Of a stretch of 64,000 nt of DNA, positions 27,662 to 37,360 are shown piece after piece. Positions within the stretch are counted from its first letter, which is position 1; each line of letters starts with the position of its first letter. Position numbers and translations under genes: made by a program. The stretch lies in the NCBI GenBank assembly GCA_965248265.1, contig CBDFJF010000002.1, forward strand, positions 2,848,001-2,912,000, in the 5' to 3' direction. This DNA comes from Candidatus Latescibacterota bacterium (GTDB taxonomy: Bacteria; Latescibacterota; UBA2968; UBA8231). Under the pieces are notes generated by a model. The model saw nothing but the letters and a program-made list of their open reading frames with translations. It was not told the DNA's origin and did not search any database.

Positions 27662-29899
27662 TCACCTCTCCCTGATCACGGCGAATTTTCCAGTGGTCGA
27701 GCTTCCGACGCGATCGGTGGCGACGAAGTAGAAGATACCAGAATCGACGAAGCTGCCACTGGCATTGGTCCCATCCCAGGTAACGGCCGTTTCCTGAAAA
27801 AACGCCTCTAACTCACGGACCGGTTGCCCGTCGACGGAAAATATTCGCACCGATGACCCGGCCGGCAGTTTATCAATGGTCACTCGATTGCCGTTCGTGG
27901 GGGAGAGCAGGAAGGGGTTGGGGTACGCCGTCACGACCGAGGCCTGGGGATCCGTCTCTCCGGCGATCTGGAGACGGGCGAGGCCGTCGAAGGTGCCGAT
28001 CCAGAGCTCTCCAGCTGTTGGATCGAATAGCAATGACTCGACGCGATCGTCGATCAGCGGGCTGTTGTCTGTCGTGTATGTATAGGTCAACAGACCGGTC
28101 GTCTTCAGTTGCGTCAGGCCACCCCTGGTGCCGGCCCAGATGTTGCCTTCGGTATCCCCTTCGATGTCGGTGATTACCGGTGAGAGCAGGCCATTGTGGA
28201 GGCGGTATTCGCGCCAGGAGCGGATCTCGAACTCACCGGTGACTCTGTCGTAGAGGTAGCTGACCCGGTTGAGGCCGTTGTCGGTACCGACCCAGACGAC
28301 ACCGGCCTGGTTGGAGTAGACGGCCGTGACACGATCGCTGCCCAGGCGTGAGTCCAATCCGGTATTGATGACGACGGTACGCTCATCTCCGGAATCGAAG
28401 GGAGTACCCCCGTCATCGAACATGATCAGGCCATCCTGTGCCGTGCCGATCCATTTGAGTTCGTCAGGGCTGATGGCGAGCTTGCCGATGTCGCGACCGG
28501 GCGCCAGGCCGAGGGTGCCCTGCGGGTGCAGGTGGCTTCGCCCAATCGGGAATCCATCGATGACCGCCAACCCGGCCTGAACATTGGCGAGCCACATGTT
28601 GCCGCTGGAGTCACGTTGGATGTCGCTGATGACGACGAAGCTGGGAAACTCAGGTATGCCCTCCACCACAGAGTTCGACTGGTCGAAGTGGCGCCAGTTG
28701 CCCTGCGAGTCGAGGACAATAAAGCCGTGGCCCCAGGTGCCGACCCACAGCTGGCCAGACCGGTCTTGCTCGACGGCGACGGTCAAACTCGAGGGGATGC
28801 CGCTGTTGGTGTCATGGACCCACCAGCGCGTCTGGTCGAAGTGGTAGAGTCCCTTGACTATTACCGTCTGGTCATTCGGAATGCTGGCAACCCACAGATT
28901 GCCGCCGGCTAACATGGTCATGTCGTAGAAGTGATTGGCGGGCGGGTCAAACAGGGGTGGTGGCGGATCGTCGCCGAGAACGGCAAGACCCTCATTGGTA
29001 CCGATCCATAGCTCTTGGCCATCTCGCGACAAGGTACGCATGTCCCCGGAAGTCGACAGTTGCGTCCATCGCGTGCGAGTCTGACGTTGGAGGAAACGGC
29101 TGAATACTGTGAGCGCTACCGGGATGTCATTGTACATTCCAAGTGAGGTAACGACGCCCACTTGGCTCTCGGATACCCACCGTTCCCGGGCTGTGTGCCA
29201 ACGCCAGATGCCCTGACCCGCAGCTGTTAGCAGGGTGTCACTGGTAACCAAGAAATCCGCCACCGGTCCGATGGTGTCATTCGTCGACCACGCCTGCGGA
29301 TCCTGCAGGTTTGGCTCCGTGAGATCTGCCCACGCCAGGCCGTTTTCCGTTCCCGCCCATAGCTTGCCATCGTGAACGGCAACAGCGGACACAGCAGCGT
29401 CGCGGGGGTATGAACCAAACTGGCGGTAGTTCTCCTTGACCCTCTCGACATCTGTCAGGAACAGGCTGATACCGACATTGCTGGCGATGTAGAGGCTGTC
29501 GCCGGCTATAGTCAGGTCGTTGAGCTGGAACTCGCTGAATTCGGTGAAAGGGCTGCTGAAGCGGTCAGAGGAGACGATGAACTTGCTCAAGCCGTGGCCA
29601 CTGGTGCCGAACCAGAGATTGCCCTCATCGTCTACCACGGCGCTGAGGACCTGGTTGCCGGCCAGTCCATCGACACGGGTGAATCGATCGTAGGTACGGG
29701 TGCTCAGATCATAACGCAGCACACCGCCGTCGGTCGCGGCCCAGATGATGTCCTGAGTCCGAACGATCTCATTCACGATGGCCATGCTGGAGATGGCCGA
29801 CCAATTGCCGCTGGGCAGCTGGGCGTTCGCGATTTCGGCCACGAACAAGGCTGCAAGGAAAGAACATGCAGCGTTGGCGACGGTGTGAAATGCCTTCAC
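27662..29899 (-). CDS. porZ: PorZ-like beta-propeller protein with T9SS/FlgD-like C-terminal domain
   Basis: Signal peptide; IWAATDGG and multiple LWxGT repeats; AYPNPF...IFSVDGQPVREL...WDGTNASG...SGIFY; directly upstream of porU. Confidence 0.8.
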   Translation of the reverse strand: MKAFHTVANAACSFLAALFVAEIANAQLPSGNWSAISSMAIVNEIVRTQDIIWAATDGGVLRYDLSTRTYDRFTRVDGLAGNQVLSAVVDDEGNLWFGTSGHGLSKFIVSSDRFSSPFTEFSEFQLNDLTIAGDSLYIASNVGISLFLTDVERVKENYRQFGSYPRDAAVSAVAVHDGKLWAGTENGLAWADLTEPNLQDPQAWSTNDTIGPVADFLVTSDTLLTAAGQGIWRWHTARERWVSESQVGVVTSLGMYNDIPVALTVFSRFLQRQTRTRWTQLSTSGDMRTLSRDGQELWIGTNEGLAVLGDDPPPPLFDPPANHFYDMTMLAGGNLWVASIPNDQTVIVKGLYHFDQTRWWVHDTNSGIPSSLTVAVEQDRSGQLWVGTWGHGFIVLDSQGNWRHFDQSNSVVEGIPEFPSFVVISDIQRDSSGNMWLANVQAGLAVIDGFPIGRSHLHPQGTLGLAPGRDIGKLAISPDELKWIGTAQDGLIMFDDGGTPFDSGDERTVVINTGLDSRLGSDRVTAVYSNQAGVVWVGTDNGLNRVSYLYDRVTGEFEIRSWREYRLHNGLLSPVITDIEGDTEGNIWAGTRGGLTQLKTTGLLTYTYTTDNSPLIDDRVESLLFDPTAGELWIGTFDGLARLQIAGETDPQASVVTAYPNPFLLSPTNGNRVTIDKLPAGSSVRIFSVDGQPVRELEAFFQETAVTWDGTNASGSFVDSGIFYFVATDRVGSSTTGKFAVIRER

Positions 29900-30058
29900 T
29901 CGGTTTGCGCGAAGGAGTACGAAAAGATGCTGATCGGGGGCTGGTGTTGCGATGCCTGCATGGGCGTTAAATCAAAGATTTTCACGAGGTTAAGTCAAGT
30001 GAGGCACAATGCGTGGGTGAGGTAAACGGCTGCTGTTGAAGCGGGTTGCAGTTTGGGC

Positions 30059-30175
30059 TTAGAAGTAACCTAGACTCTCGAGCGCTTTGGTGGTTTCCTC
30101 GTCAATGACCTGCGAGGGGCCGGCGAGGCCAGGTGCGGGAAGACTGGCCAGATAGCCGTTCAGACCGGTCATCAT
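30059..30175 (-). pseudogene. C-terminal tail relic of a sulfatase-like protein
   Basis: ...SQVIDEETTKALESLGYF* matches the common sulfatase tail (xLxSLGY); no upstream domain. Confidence 0.55.
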
Positions 30176-30191
30176 GCTAAGTTGCCTGCCG

Positions 30192-30920
30192 TTACTCAGC
30201 GAACTCGATCTGCACGGTGTCGAACATGATGAGACCCTTGGGAAGGTACGCCATATCGACCTTATAGTCTCTGGCTGCCCACAGACGATGGACGTCATCC
30301 ACTTCACCGACAGGGACGACATTGAGCGGGAAGAGCAGGAAGATGATGTCGTGGTTCACGTCAGCGAGCACCTCGGCGATGTCGCCGTCGCCGTAGACGT
30401 GGGTAAGATCATGCCGTGCGCCAAGTGAGGTCCATTGTTGGGGGTCGGGTGTGAGTTGGACCGTCTGCTCCGACCAATCCTCCGTGATCTCGAAAGGCTG
30501 GCCGGTCAAAATGAAGTTGGCTGTCGTTTTCGGTGGTCCTTCCAGATGGGCCTGGGCGTGGATGAAGAGTTGGACATCGCCGGTGTTGCGTGAGCCCGGC
30601 GTTTGGTTGTTGCAGAGCGGACCTGCAAGGTCCAGGCTGCCGCGCAGGCGGGCAGTAACCTTCGCGTTGGTGAGATTACTGCTGTAGCCACCCTCCACGA
30701 AGCGGTTGACTCCCTCCAAAGGCGTCACTGATGCGGCATGCGTGTGCAGGTACATGAGCAGGTGAAAGTAACCGGCACCAGGGGGCGCGTGGTTGGCATC
30801 CACGGACCACGGGCTGAAACAATGGGCGACACCATCCCAGACCGGCTGGGGACTGCACAAGTCCGCGACCCATCCTCCGGGTCCGTCGTCGAAGGTTTCG
30901 ATGTAAGTCCTGGGCATCAA
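30192..30920 (-). CDS. Hypothetical protein (possible jelly-roll fold)
   Basis: YIETFDDGPGGW...IMFDTVQIEF; in a tight operon with the upstream esterase. Confidence 0.75.
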   Translation of the reverse strand: MMPRTYIETFDDGPGGWVADLCSPQPVWDGVAHCFSPWSVDANHAPPGAGYFHLLMYLHTHAASVTPLEGVNRFVEGGYSSNLTNAKVTARLRGSLDLAGPLCNNQTPGSRNTGDVQLFIHAQAHLEGPPKTTANFILTGQPFEITEDWSEQTVQLTPDPQQWTSLGARHDLTHVYGDGDIAEVLADVNHDIIFLLFPLNVVPVGEVDDVHRLWAARDYKVDMAYLPKGLIMFDTVQIEFAE

Positions 30921-30925
30921 TCCTG

Positions 30926-31672
30926 CTAGATCTCTGAGATGAATTTCAAGCTTTCTTCGATGACAAAGTCCTCGGTCAATTTGATGTGACCGCGATCAGG
31001 GTAGTGCATAAAACGGTGGTGAACATCGGCCTCGGTCAGGGTAGCAGCCATGCGAACCGCCTGGTCGATGGGGACCGAGGGGTCATTGTCTGAATGGAAA
31101 ATCAGCATCGGCTTCGTACTCTCCTTCACGTTGGCGATCGGCGAAGCGAGAAGCCGGGCGTGATCCCACGGGACTCCAGGGGTGATCCAACCGCACGCCC
31201 AGTCGAGCTTGAGCAGATCGTAGGCCCCGGACACGCTGATGGCGGCGCGGAAATCGCAGGGCTGGTCTTCCCATCCACCGCTTTTCAGGTACGAATCCTC
31301 ACCCAGCGTGGCGGCCAGTGACACCAGGTGGCCGCCAGCAGACATGCCCGTGAGGAAGACTCGATCTGGATCGAGTCCGTACTCCGCTGCGTGCGCGTGG
31401 ACCCAGCGAATGGCACAGAGGGTGTCCTGGTAGCAGGCCGGTGCCGGGGAGCAGGTCACCAGGCGGTAGTCGATGGACATGGCAAAGAATCCGAGCTTGG
31501 CCCAGTGTTCGACATCGATGGCGATGCCCAGTTGCTTTCGATCGCTGTAATGCCAACGTCCACCATGGACACCGACAATCACCGGGAACGGGCCATCGCC
31601 CGACGGAACGGCGATGTCGGCGAGCAATCCCGCGCCGAGGACTTCGCCATAAATGATGGTTTGAGCAGTCAT
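30926..31672 (-). CDS. Alpha/beta hydrolase (HSL-like esterase)
   Basis: VHGGRW, IDYRL, GMSAGGHL, DPSVP, RGH. Confidence 0.9.
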   Translation of the reverse strand: MTAQTIIYGEVLGAGLLADIAVPSGDGPFPVIVGVHGGRWHYSDRKQLGIAIDVEHWAKLGFFAMSIDYRLVTCSPAPACYQDTLCAIRWVHAHAAEYGLDPDRVFLTGMSAGGHLVSLAATLGEDSYLKSGGWEDQPCDFRAAISVSGAYDLLKLDWACGWITPGVPWDHARLLASPIANVKESTKPMLIFHSDNDPSVPIDQAVRMAATLTEADVHHRFMHYPDRGHIKLTEDFVIEESLKFISEI

Positions 31673-31698
31673 GTCGTGCGAGTGTCTTTCTTCGTGAA

Positions 31699-32340
31699 TC
31701 AGCCAGAGTTCAGTGTATCATGGACTGCATCGGCTATCACCAGGTGTCCAGTCAGATTGGGATGTACCGGCTCCGGGCAAAAGGTGTCCGGCTCGTGGGT
31801 TTTGAGCAGTCGCTGGAACACCTCGTGTGTTTTCACGTGGAGTGCTCCGTACCTGCGGCTCAGGTCGTTGACGATTCGCAGGTACCGGGGAAGAAGCTTC
31901 AGTACCTCGCTCCGAAACGAAGTGGGCGCTGTGTCCGTACTTATGTAGAACGAATCGATGAGCAGGAGCTTGCACCTGGGCAGGGTTTTTCTGGTGCGTT
32001 GCAGAATATCCTCGTAGGCCTCCCTGTAAAGCTTTGGAGGCACAGCTTCGGGCCCCTGGCGCAAGGTCCTGTGCAGGTCGTTGATGCCGATCTTGATTGA
32101 CAGCCAATCCGGTTTGTTGCGGATGACATCATCCTCCCAGCGATTTCTCAACCCCGTAACGACGTCACCGCCGATGCCCTTGTTGACAACCGTGATCGCC
32201 TTCTTGGGATGACGTGCGATGAGCATGTCCGCGAACTGCTTGACATAGCCATTGCCGAGAGGGCGCTCAGCACCGCGTCTGCCGCAGTCGGTGATGCTGT
32301 CGCCGATGAAGAGGATCTTCTGACCATTCCTGATTAGCAT
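31699..32340 (-). CDS. SGNH/GDSL hydrolase
   Basis: FIGDSITD, NKGIGG, IGIND, EPVHP; SD GAGGAGG. Confidence 0.92.
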   Translation of the reverse strand: MLIRNGQKILFIGDSITDCGRRGAERPLGNGYVKQFADMLIARHPKKAITVVNKGIGGDVVTGLRNRWEDDVIRNKPDWLSIKIGINDLHRTLRQGPEAVPPKLYREAYEDILQRTRKTLPRCKLLLIDSFYISTDTAPTSFRSEVLKLLPRYLRIVNDLSRRYGALHVKTHEVFQRLLKTHEPDTFCPEPVHPNLTGHLVIADAVHDTLNSG

Positions 32341-32398
32341 GCTACCTCCTCAAGTACACGTCTAACGACCTGATCTGCATCGGGATATCGTGACCGGA

Positions 32399-32803
32399 CT
32401 AGGCTGGCTGGTCAACGGGGTGCTGGAAGCACAGTTGATACCCGTCCGGGTCCTTGGTGTAGACCTGCCTCATGCCATAATGGGCGGTGCTCGGCTCCTG
32501 TGCATCCCACCCCTTGTCGCGAAGGTGGGCGTAGACCTCGTCCGCGTTGTCGCACCAGAAGTACAGGATCGTGTCAGCGTGAGAGGCGATTCGTCCCGGG
32601 TCGGGTGAAGGTGGTCGTTCGTCGTCCTCGTACGCCGCGTTCAGCATCAGGTGAATATCGCCGAGTTCGAGGGTAGCAAAGTAGAACGGGTCCGTGGGTA
32701 TGCCCGAGACGCTAAATCCCAATACGTTGCAGTAGAAGGCTACCGATTCATGCATGTCGAAGACTTCAAGCAGGGTTTCAACACTCTGAATATTCAGAGA
32801 CAT
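32399..32803 (-). CDS. VOC/glyoxalase family protein
   Basis: SVAFYCNVLGF...YGMRQVYTKDPDGYQLCF. Confidence 0.9.
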   Translation of the reverse strand: MSLNIQSVETLLEVFDMHESVAFYCNVLGFSVSGIPTDPFYFATLELGDIHLMLNAAYEDDERPPSPDPGRIASHADTILYFWCDNADEVYAHLRDKGWDAQEPSTAHYGMRQVYTKDPDGYQLCFQHPVDQPA

Positions 32804-32861
32804 CGGAGTTTCCTTCGGAGGCTGTCAGGTGATGTACTTCTCATCAGTGAAGCGCTGTCGC

Positions 32862-33863
32862 TTACCGCTGGGTCAGCAGCGCAATGGATGATTCAGTGTT
32901 GGTGTGTTCGGCCCAACCCAATGGGGTTCCACCAAAAGCGGCATCCTTGATGGTGGGATCAGCCCCACGATCGAGAAGCAACTCCAGGCACTTGAGCGAG
33001 CCATTCTGGGCGGCCAGGTGCATGGCCACCGCACAGTTTCCGTGGCCGGCTCCTCCGAAGTCGTGACGAAGGTCGGGGTCAGCGCCATGGTCCAGCAACC
33101 ATGCGGCCGCGTTGACGCGGTCATCGTACACGGACCACAGGAGCGGCGTTCCCCGGTAGGGGTTGGCGTTGACATCAGCGCCGACCTCCACCAGAGCCGC
33201 CATCGACTCGCACTGGCCGTTGCGTGCCGCCCACAAGAGCGCTTCATCCAGAAGCTCCTGACGACTGTTGGTGCGATTCCATTCGGGGAAGATGGGGAAG
33301 GGCCGATAGAAGTCGACGCCCTCTGAAGACTCTGGAGTCAGTCCATCTCCGTCGATGAAGCGATCGAGGCTGCGGCCAAGAGCTGCGGCCGTGCGCAAGT
33401 TGTCCGGAATAGGTGGAGCAGCCAATAGGTGGGCCATTTCTGTCTTGGCGTAAAACAGGGAAAACGCCATTGGCGATCCACCTTCCATGCCCATGAGCCG
33501 GCCTTTTCGAGGAGCTCCGGCATTCAGCAGACGCCGGGCCAGATCCAGATTTCCGGTACCAGCGGCGGTGTGAAGCGGGGCAAGACCGACGTTGTTACTC
33601 TCGGCAGGATCCGCCCCTGCAGCCAGTATGCGATCGACGGCGGCAAGTTGCCCTGGTGTGCTGGGTACTGGTGGGAGGGCCATGTCACCGGTGGCGGCCT
33701 TGCAGGCCAGGATGAGCAGGGTCTGGTCCTCGGAATCGCGCGCCTGGAGAATCTGCGGGGAATCCCTCAGAATGCGGTCCAGCTCGTCTATGTGACCCTC
33801 TCTCGCCGCAAGAGCCGCGCTCTGGAGGAGTAGTTCGGCTTGTTGTGTGGCTGTGCTGGTCAT
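32862..33863 (-). CDS. Ankyrin-repeat protein
   Basis: APLHTAAGTG, ALLWAARNG, TPLLWSV, AMHLAAQNG, TPLGWA. Confidence 0.9.
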   Translation of the reverse strand: MTSTATQQAELLLQSAALAAREGHIDELDRILRDSPQILQARDSEDQTLLILACKAATGDMALPPVPSTPGQLAAVDRILAAGADPAESNNVGLAPLHTAAGTGNLDLARRLLNAGAPRKGRLMGMEGGSPMAFSLFYAKTEMAHLLAAPPIPDNLRTAAALGRSLDRFIDGDGLTPESSEGVDFYRPFPIFPEWNRTNSRQELLDEALLWAARNGQCESMAALVEVGADVNANPYRGTPLLWSVYDDRVNAAAWLLDHGADPDLRHDFGGAGHGNCAVAMHLAAQNGSLKCLELLLDRGADPTIKDAAFGGTPLGWAEHTNTESSIALLTQR

Positions 33864-33871
33864 GATGACCC

Positions 33872-34261
33872 TCAGCTCAGACGTTGAGCAAAGTGAAGGA
33901 GTACACCCGCGGGATCCCAGACATAGGTTACCAGCTGGCCGCGATCTTCCTCCACCTTCGGAGGCTCGACTCTCGGTTCGCCCTCATTGGCACTCGGAAA
34001 GGAGTTCGACTCGATGATCGTCCGCGCGTGCTGGTACCAGGCCTGGGCGTCATCGACGGCGATATGCAACATGAGATTCTCGCAGAAGGTCTTGTCGTAG
34101 TAGCGCTGCAGGTAAAAACGACAGTCATCGAGCTCAAGCTCAGCGGTTCTTTCCTGCTCCCAATTGAGTTTCCATCCCAGGGCGATGTAGAAATCGCGGG
34201 AACTCTCGAAGTCGAAGGAACCGATGAATGGCTTTACGTCGGAGGCGGAAGGCAAAATCAC
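33872..34261 (-). CDS. VOC/glyoxalase family protein
   Basis: GTGA-coupled start; KPFIGSFDFESSRDFYIALGW...NLMLHIAVDDAQAW...WDPAGVLLHF. Confidence 0.85.
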   Translation of the reverse strand: MILPSASDVKPFIGSFDFESSRDFYIALGWKLNWEQERTAELELDDCRFYLQRYYDKTFCENLMLHIAVDDAQAWYQHARTIIESNSFPSANEGEPRVEPPKVEEDRGQLVTYVWDPAGVLLHFAQRLS

Positions 34262-34842
34262 GCCCCTTTGCCAACGATGCTCTTGCCAATGGTGCGAATG
34301 ATGAAGCGAAGGGTTATCAGCATGGCCAGGATGCCGAGAACCTTCGAGACGTTGATGGCTATGTTGGTCCAGAACTCTTTGCTCTCCTGGTTGTTTGCTG
34401 CTTTGCGGTTGAGGGAGCGGCCCGCGGTGTCGAGGATGTCGAGGTGGCCCGGTCGCAAGCCGGTAACACCGGAAACGACCTGATCGGTGATGGTCGCCAG
34501 CTGCTCCTCGGAAAGATCTGTGCCGGCGAGGCTCAAGGTGACGGAGGCTCTGGGGCGTCCAACACCTGAAGGGTTGCCCCACTCTGTGCCGGCGAGCGCG
34601 ACGGAAAGCTGCACGTGAGCCTCTTCGATCGCCTCCATCAGCACGAGGCTCGCTTCCAGCTTCTCCTCGACCTGCCGCTGGGTCTCGAGCTGCGCTGCTG
34701 ATTGGGTGGCGGTGACGACGGCAGTGTCGGCTCGCATCATCATCTTAGGCAGCATCCTGTAGCCGAAAAACATGCCCGTCAACAAACCGACCATCAGGTA
34801 CAAGGGCCACGGGTATCTATTGAGGATTTCCATCCAGCGCAT
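34258..34842 (-). CDS. Small FliF/YscJ-like ring-building-motif membrane protein
   Basis: TM, then AHVQLS...PRASVTL...LSEEQLATI...VVSGVTGL...LDILDTAGRSL (FliF RBM2-like), then a second TM. Confidence 0.7.
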   Translation of the reverse strand: MRWMEILNRYPWPLYLMVGLLTGMFFGYRMLPKMMMRADTAVVTATQSAAQLETQRQVEEKLEASLVLMEAIEEAHVQLSVALAGTEWGNPSGVGRPRASVTLSLAGTDLSEEQLATITDQVVSGVTGLRPGHLDILDTAGRSLNRKAANNQESKEFWTNIAINVSKVLGILAMLITLRFIIRTIGKSIVGKGA

Positions 34843-34872
34843 GGTAATCTCCGATCTCCAAGTGTCGCATGC

Positions 34873-35235
34873 CTACTCGGGGGTCTGATGGCCCTCAGTT
34901 GCAATCAATTGCTCCAATCTATCAACTTTTTCTCCCTGTTTCACGACCATGATAAACATCGCCGCCAGACCGATACTCAATCCAACTCCACCCCCGAACG
35001 CGGCGTACACGAAAAACGGTGGTAGGCTCGGGGTTTTCATCGGGTACACGGCAGCCGAAATGGCAATGAACATGGGCGCGGCGGTAATCAAAGGAGGCAG
35101 GAGGAACCGCAAAACGGTTTTCAATGCTCCGTTGACCTTGGAGTTTTGCCCGGAGTGACGAATGACGAGAAATCTCAAGCCAACAAGAGCGATGAGGATG
35201 CCAGCTACCTTGGCGACGTTTACTAGAATGTCCAT
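34873..35235 (-). CDS. Small three-TM membrane protein
   Basis: SD AGGAGG; hydrophobic segments; the first helix resembles the last helix of 34258-34842. Confidence 0.75.
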   Translation of the reverse strand: MDILVNVAKVAGILIALVGLRFLVIRHSGQNSKVNGALKTVLRFLLPPLITAAPMFIAISAAVYPMKTPSLPPFFVYAAFGGGVGLSIGLAAMFIMVVKQGEKVDRLEQLIATEGHQTPE

Positions 35236-35258
35236 TGGCTACCTCCTGGTCGGTCACA

Positions 35259-36140
35259 TCAACGTTTCACTTCTGTCCAATCGAGACCTTGGTCAGTAAA
35301 CAGTTTTCGCCAATCGTGATGGGAACGCGCGACGGCGTCTGGGTTGTCCTGGCTACGGGCAACAAAGCCGGGCTTGTTGGAGCGGCCCGTTGGCAGGCCA
35401 ATGCAGCAGTACCTCGTGTCGATACTCCATCTAACGGTGTTGGTGTTATTCGGGATGGATCGATGCAGCATTCGCTCCATCGTCAACAGGGCATCACCTT
35501 CGTCCACCTCGCAGGTGACGATCTCGCCGTCGGGTAGATCGGGCTCGGCAACACCAATGTAGATGGTTTCTCTGTGATCGTGGGGTAGCAGACCTGAGCG
35601 ATGCGATCCCCGGATCACCTGAAGGCAGCCGTTTTCGGCTGTGGCATCGACCAACGGAATCCAGAAGTTGACGATAAGGGTATCGCCAGCCTCCTCTGGA
35701 GTCAGATAGGCCAGATCTTGATGCCAGGGGACCACTGTTTTCGCCTGATCGGGCAGCTTGGGACGGACCACGGTCTGCGGGTGCGCGAGGATCTCTGGAC
35801 CGATCAATGACTCGGCGACGTCGAGCAGGGCAGGCCAGGTTCGGAGGGTGAACATGCCCGCCGACTTGTGACGCTTTCCGTGCACCCGCTGCCACAACCA
35901 GTCCTGGTCTGAGGAGGCTTTGGATGTCAGGGCTAGCCGCGCGGCGAAGGGGGCGTCTGGAAACGTGTCACTCGCATCGAGCAATCCCTGCTTCACTGCT
36001 TCGTCGATGGCTTCATCGACTACGTGCTCGAGGTCGGTGATCAGCGGATTCAGGGCCTCGCGCGGCAGCAGGTCGCGGACAATGAGAAAGCCGTCTTCGC
36101 GAAACTGTTGGACCTGATCAGGACTGAGTCCGGGGTTCAA
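35259..36140 (-). CDS. Phytanoyl-CoA dioxygenase (PhyH) family
   Basis: LSPDQVQQFREDGF, WHQD, NGCLQVIRGSH, HRS...VRWSIDTRY. Confidence 0.92.
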   Translation of the reverse strand: MNPGLSPDQVQQFREDGFLIVRDLLPREALNPLITDLEHVVDEAIDEAVKQGLLDASDTFPDAPFAARLALTSKASSDQDWLWQRVHGKRHKSAGMFTLRTWPALLDVAESLIGPEILAHPQTVVRPKLPDQAKTVVPWHQDLAYLTPEEAGDTLIVNFWIPLVDATAENGCLQVIRGSHRSGLLPHDHRETIYIGVAEPDLPDGEIVTCEVDEGDALLTMERMLHRSIPNNTNTVRWSIDTRYCCIGLPTGRSNKPGFVARSQDNPDAVARSHHDWRKLFTDQGLDWTEVKR

Positions 36141-36154
36141 GGGGCTAGCTCCTG

Positions 36155-36841
36155 TTACCTGTCGCCCGTGTTAGGTCGTCGGACATGGGAGGGACTATGC
36201 CGGATCATCTCCGTTCGCAGGTCACGGTAGTAATACGGGAAGCGCTTCCGCATTTGCGAATTCAACCTGAGAACATCGCCTTCAGAGGTTCCGGTGATAG
36301 GAACCAGCTCTACACCAGCCTGGCGTATCCCGACACCGGCGTTCCGTATCGCTGCAAGTTGCTTTTCCAACAGTTCGGAATGGAGCATCAAGGCGGTTAA
36401 GGGTTTGAAGGGGTCGTGACACTGAACACAGATCTCGGGAGCCGGCATTGATTGGGAACCTCGTTCAAAACCGGCAATCTCAAACCGCACATTGTCGGGG
36501 TACCTGTCGATCTTGGCATCCAGATCGGGGTCGTACAATGCAAATCGGGCCCTGTCGTAGCGACTCAGACCCTCGGGTGGATCGTCCTCGTTGACCAGCA
36601 TTACCTCTACCACCGCGACTTCTCCAGGCCGTGGTCCCGTTTCGGAAACAAAGAGGTTGCTTACCTCAGTGCTATAGATGCGGCGGTGGTGATTCAGTGT
36701 TCTGCTGAAACGTTGACCTTTTGCCAATGCAGGTAACCGGATTGCTCTCTGAGTTCCGACAAGGTCGCGGGCAGAAAAGGCCATGAATTCGTGTCCTGCC
36801 CACCGGCGCAGCTGGCAAGTATCAACACAGAGGAAACGCAA
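36155..36841 (-). CDS. Hypothetical protein
   Basis: 228-aa ORF co-oriented with its neighbours; start uncertain (ATG at 36784 is possible). Confidence 0.5.
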   Translation of the reverse strand: MRFLCVDTCQLRRWAGHEFMAFSARDLVGTQRAIRLPALAKGQRFSRTLNHHRRIYSTEVSNLFVSETGPRPGEVAVVEVMLVNEDDPPEGLSRYDRARFALYDPDLDAKIDRYPDNVRFEIAGFERGSQSMPAPEICVQCHDPFKPLTALMLHSELLEKQLAAIRNAGVGIRQAGVELVPITGTSEGDVLRLNSQMRKRFPYYYRDLRTEMIRHSPSHVRRPNTGDR

Positions 36842-36872
36842 CCAAGGTTTCCCAAGTAGCCAATTCGTGAGG

Positions 36873-37235
36873 TCACACAGCCGCTCTCAGAATCTCCGCC
36901 ATTTCCTCAAAACCGTGACCGGTAGCGCGATCAATGGCTGTTTCGCCATGACGGGTTTTGGCGCTCGGATCGGCCAAAGCTGCCAGCAGAACCTGCACCG
37001 ACTCCATGTCGTTAGTTGCGGCCAGGTGGTGAAGCAGCGTGTATCCGTTCAGATCAGCATGGTTGGCTGCCCGCGGATTTGCCGCAAGCTGGTCAGCCAG
37101 TTCTGCAGGGGAAGAACTAAAAGCTGCTCTGATGGGTCCAATCAGCGATCTGTCACCGCCCGCCATGTAGTCGACTGCACCGGCGTCGACGAGGAACAGG
37201 GTGATTTCGTTCGTTCGATGCACTGATCCTACCAA
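36873..37235 (-). CDS. Short ankyrin-repeat protein or relic
   Basis: GYTLLHHLAATNDMESVQVLLAALADPSAKTRHGETAIDRA; no convincing start. Confidence 0.6.
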   Translation of the reverse strand: MVGSVHRTNEITLFLVDAGAVDYMAGGDRSLIGPIRAAFSSSPAELADQLAANPRAANHADLNGYTLLHHLAATNDMESVQVLLAALADPSAKTRHGETAIDRATGHGFEEMAEILRAAV

Positions 37236-37360
37236 TAGCTGAGTTCGCGGTCAATCGTCGAGTGCAGCCGTCATTTACACCAGTGGTATTCGACAGGTAG
37301 CCAGACTGTAGTGATACTTGAGCCCTGATCAGAAACGCTGTTCCAAACACAGATACTGGA

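Noticed and set aside
31699-37235. Integron cassette array (many small co-oriented genes; GTTAGAC before the SGNH start, ACCTAAC near 36170)
   Set aside because: No paired R''/R' boxes with complementary arms, several genes are translationally coupled, and no integrase is present.
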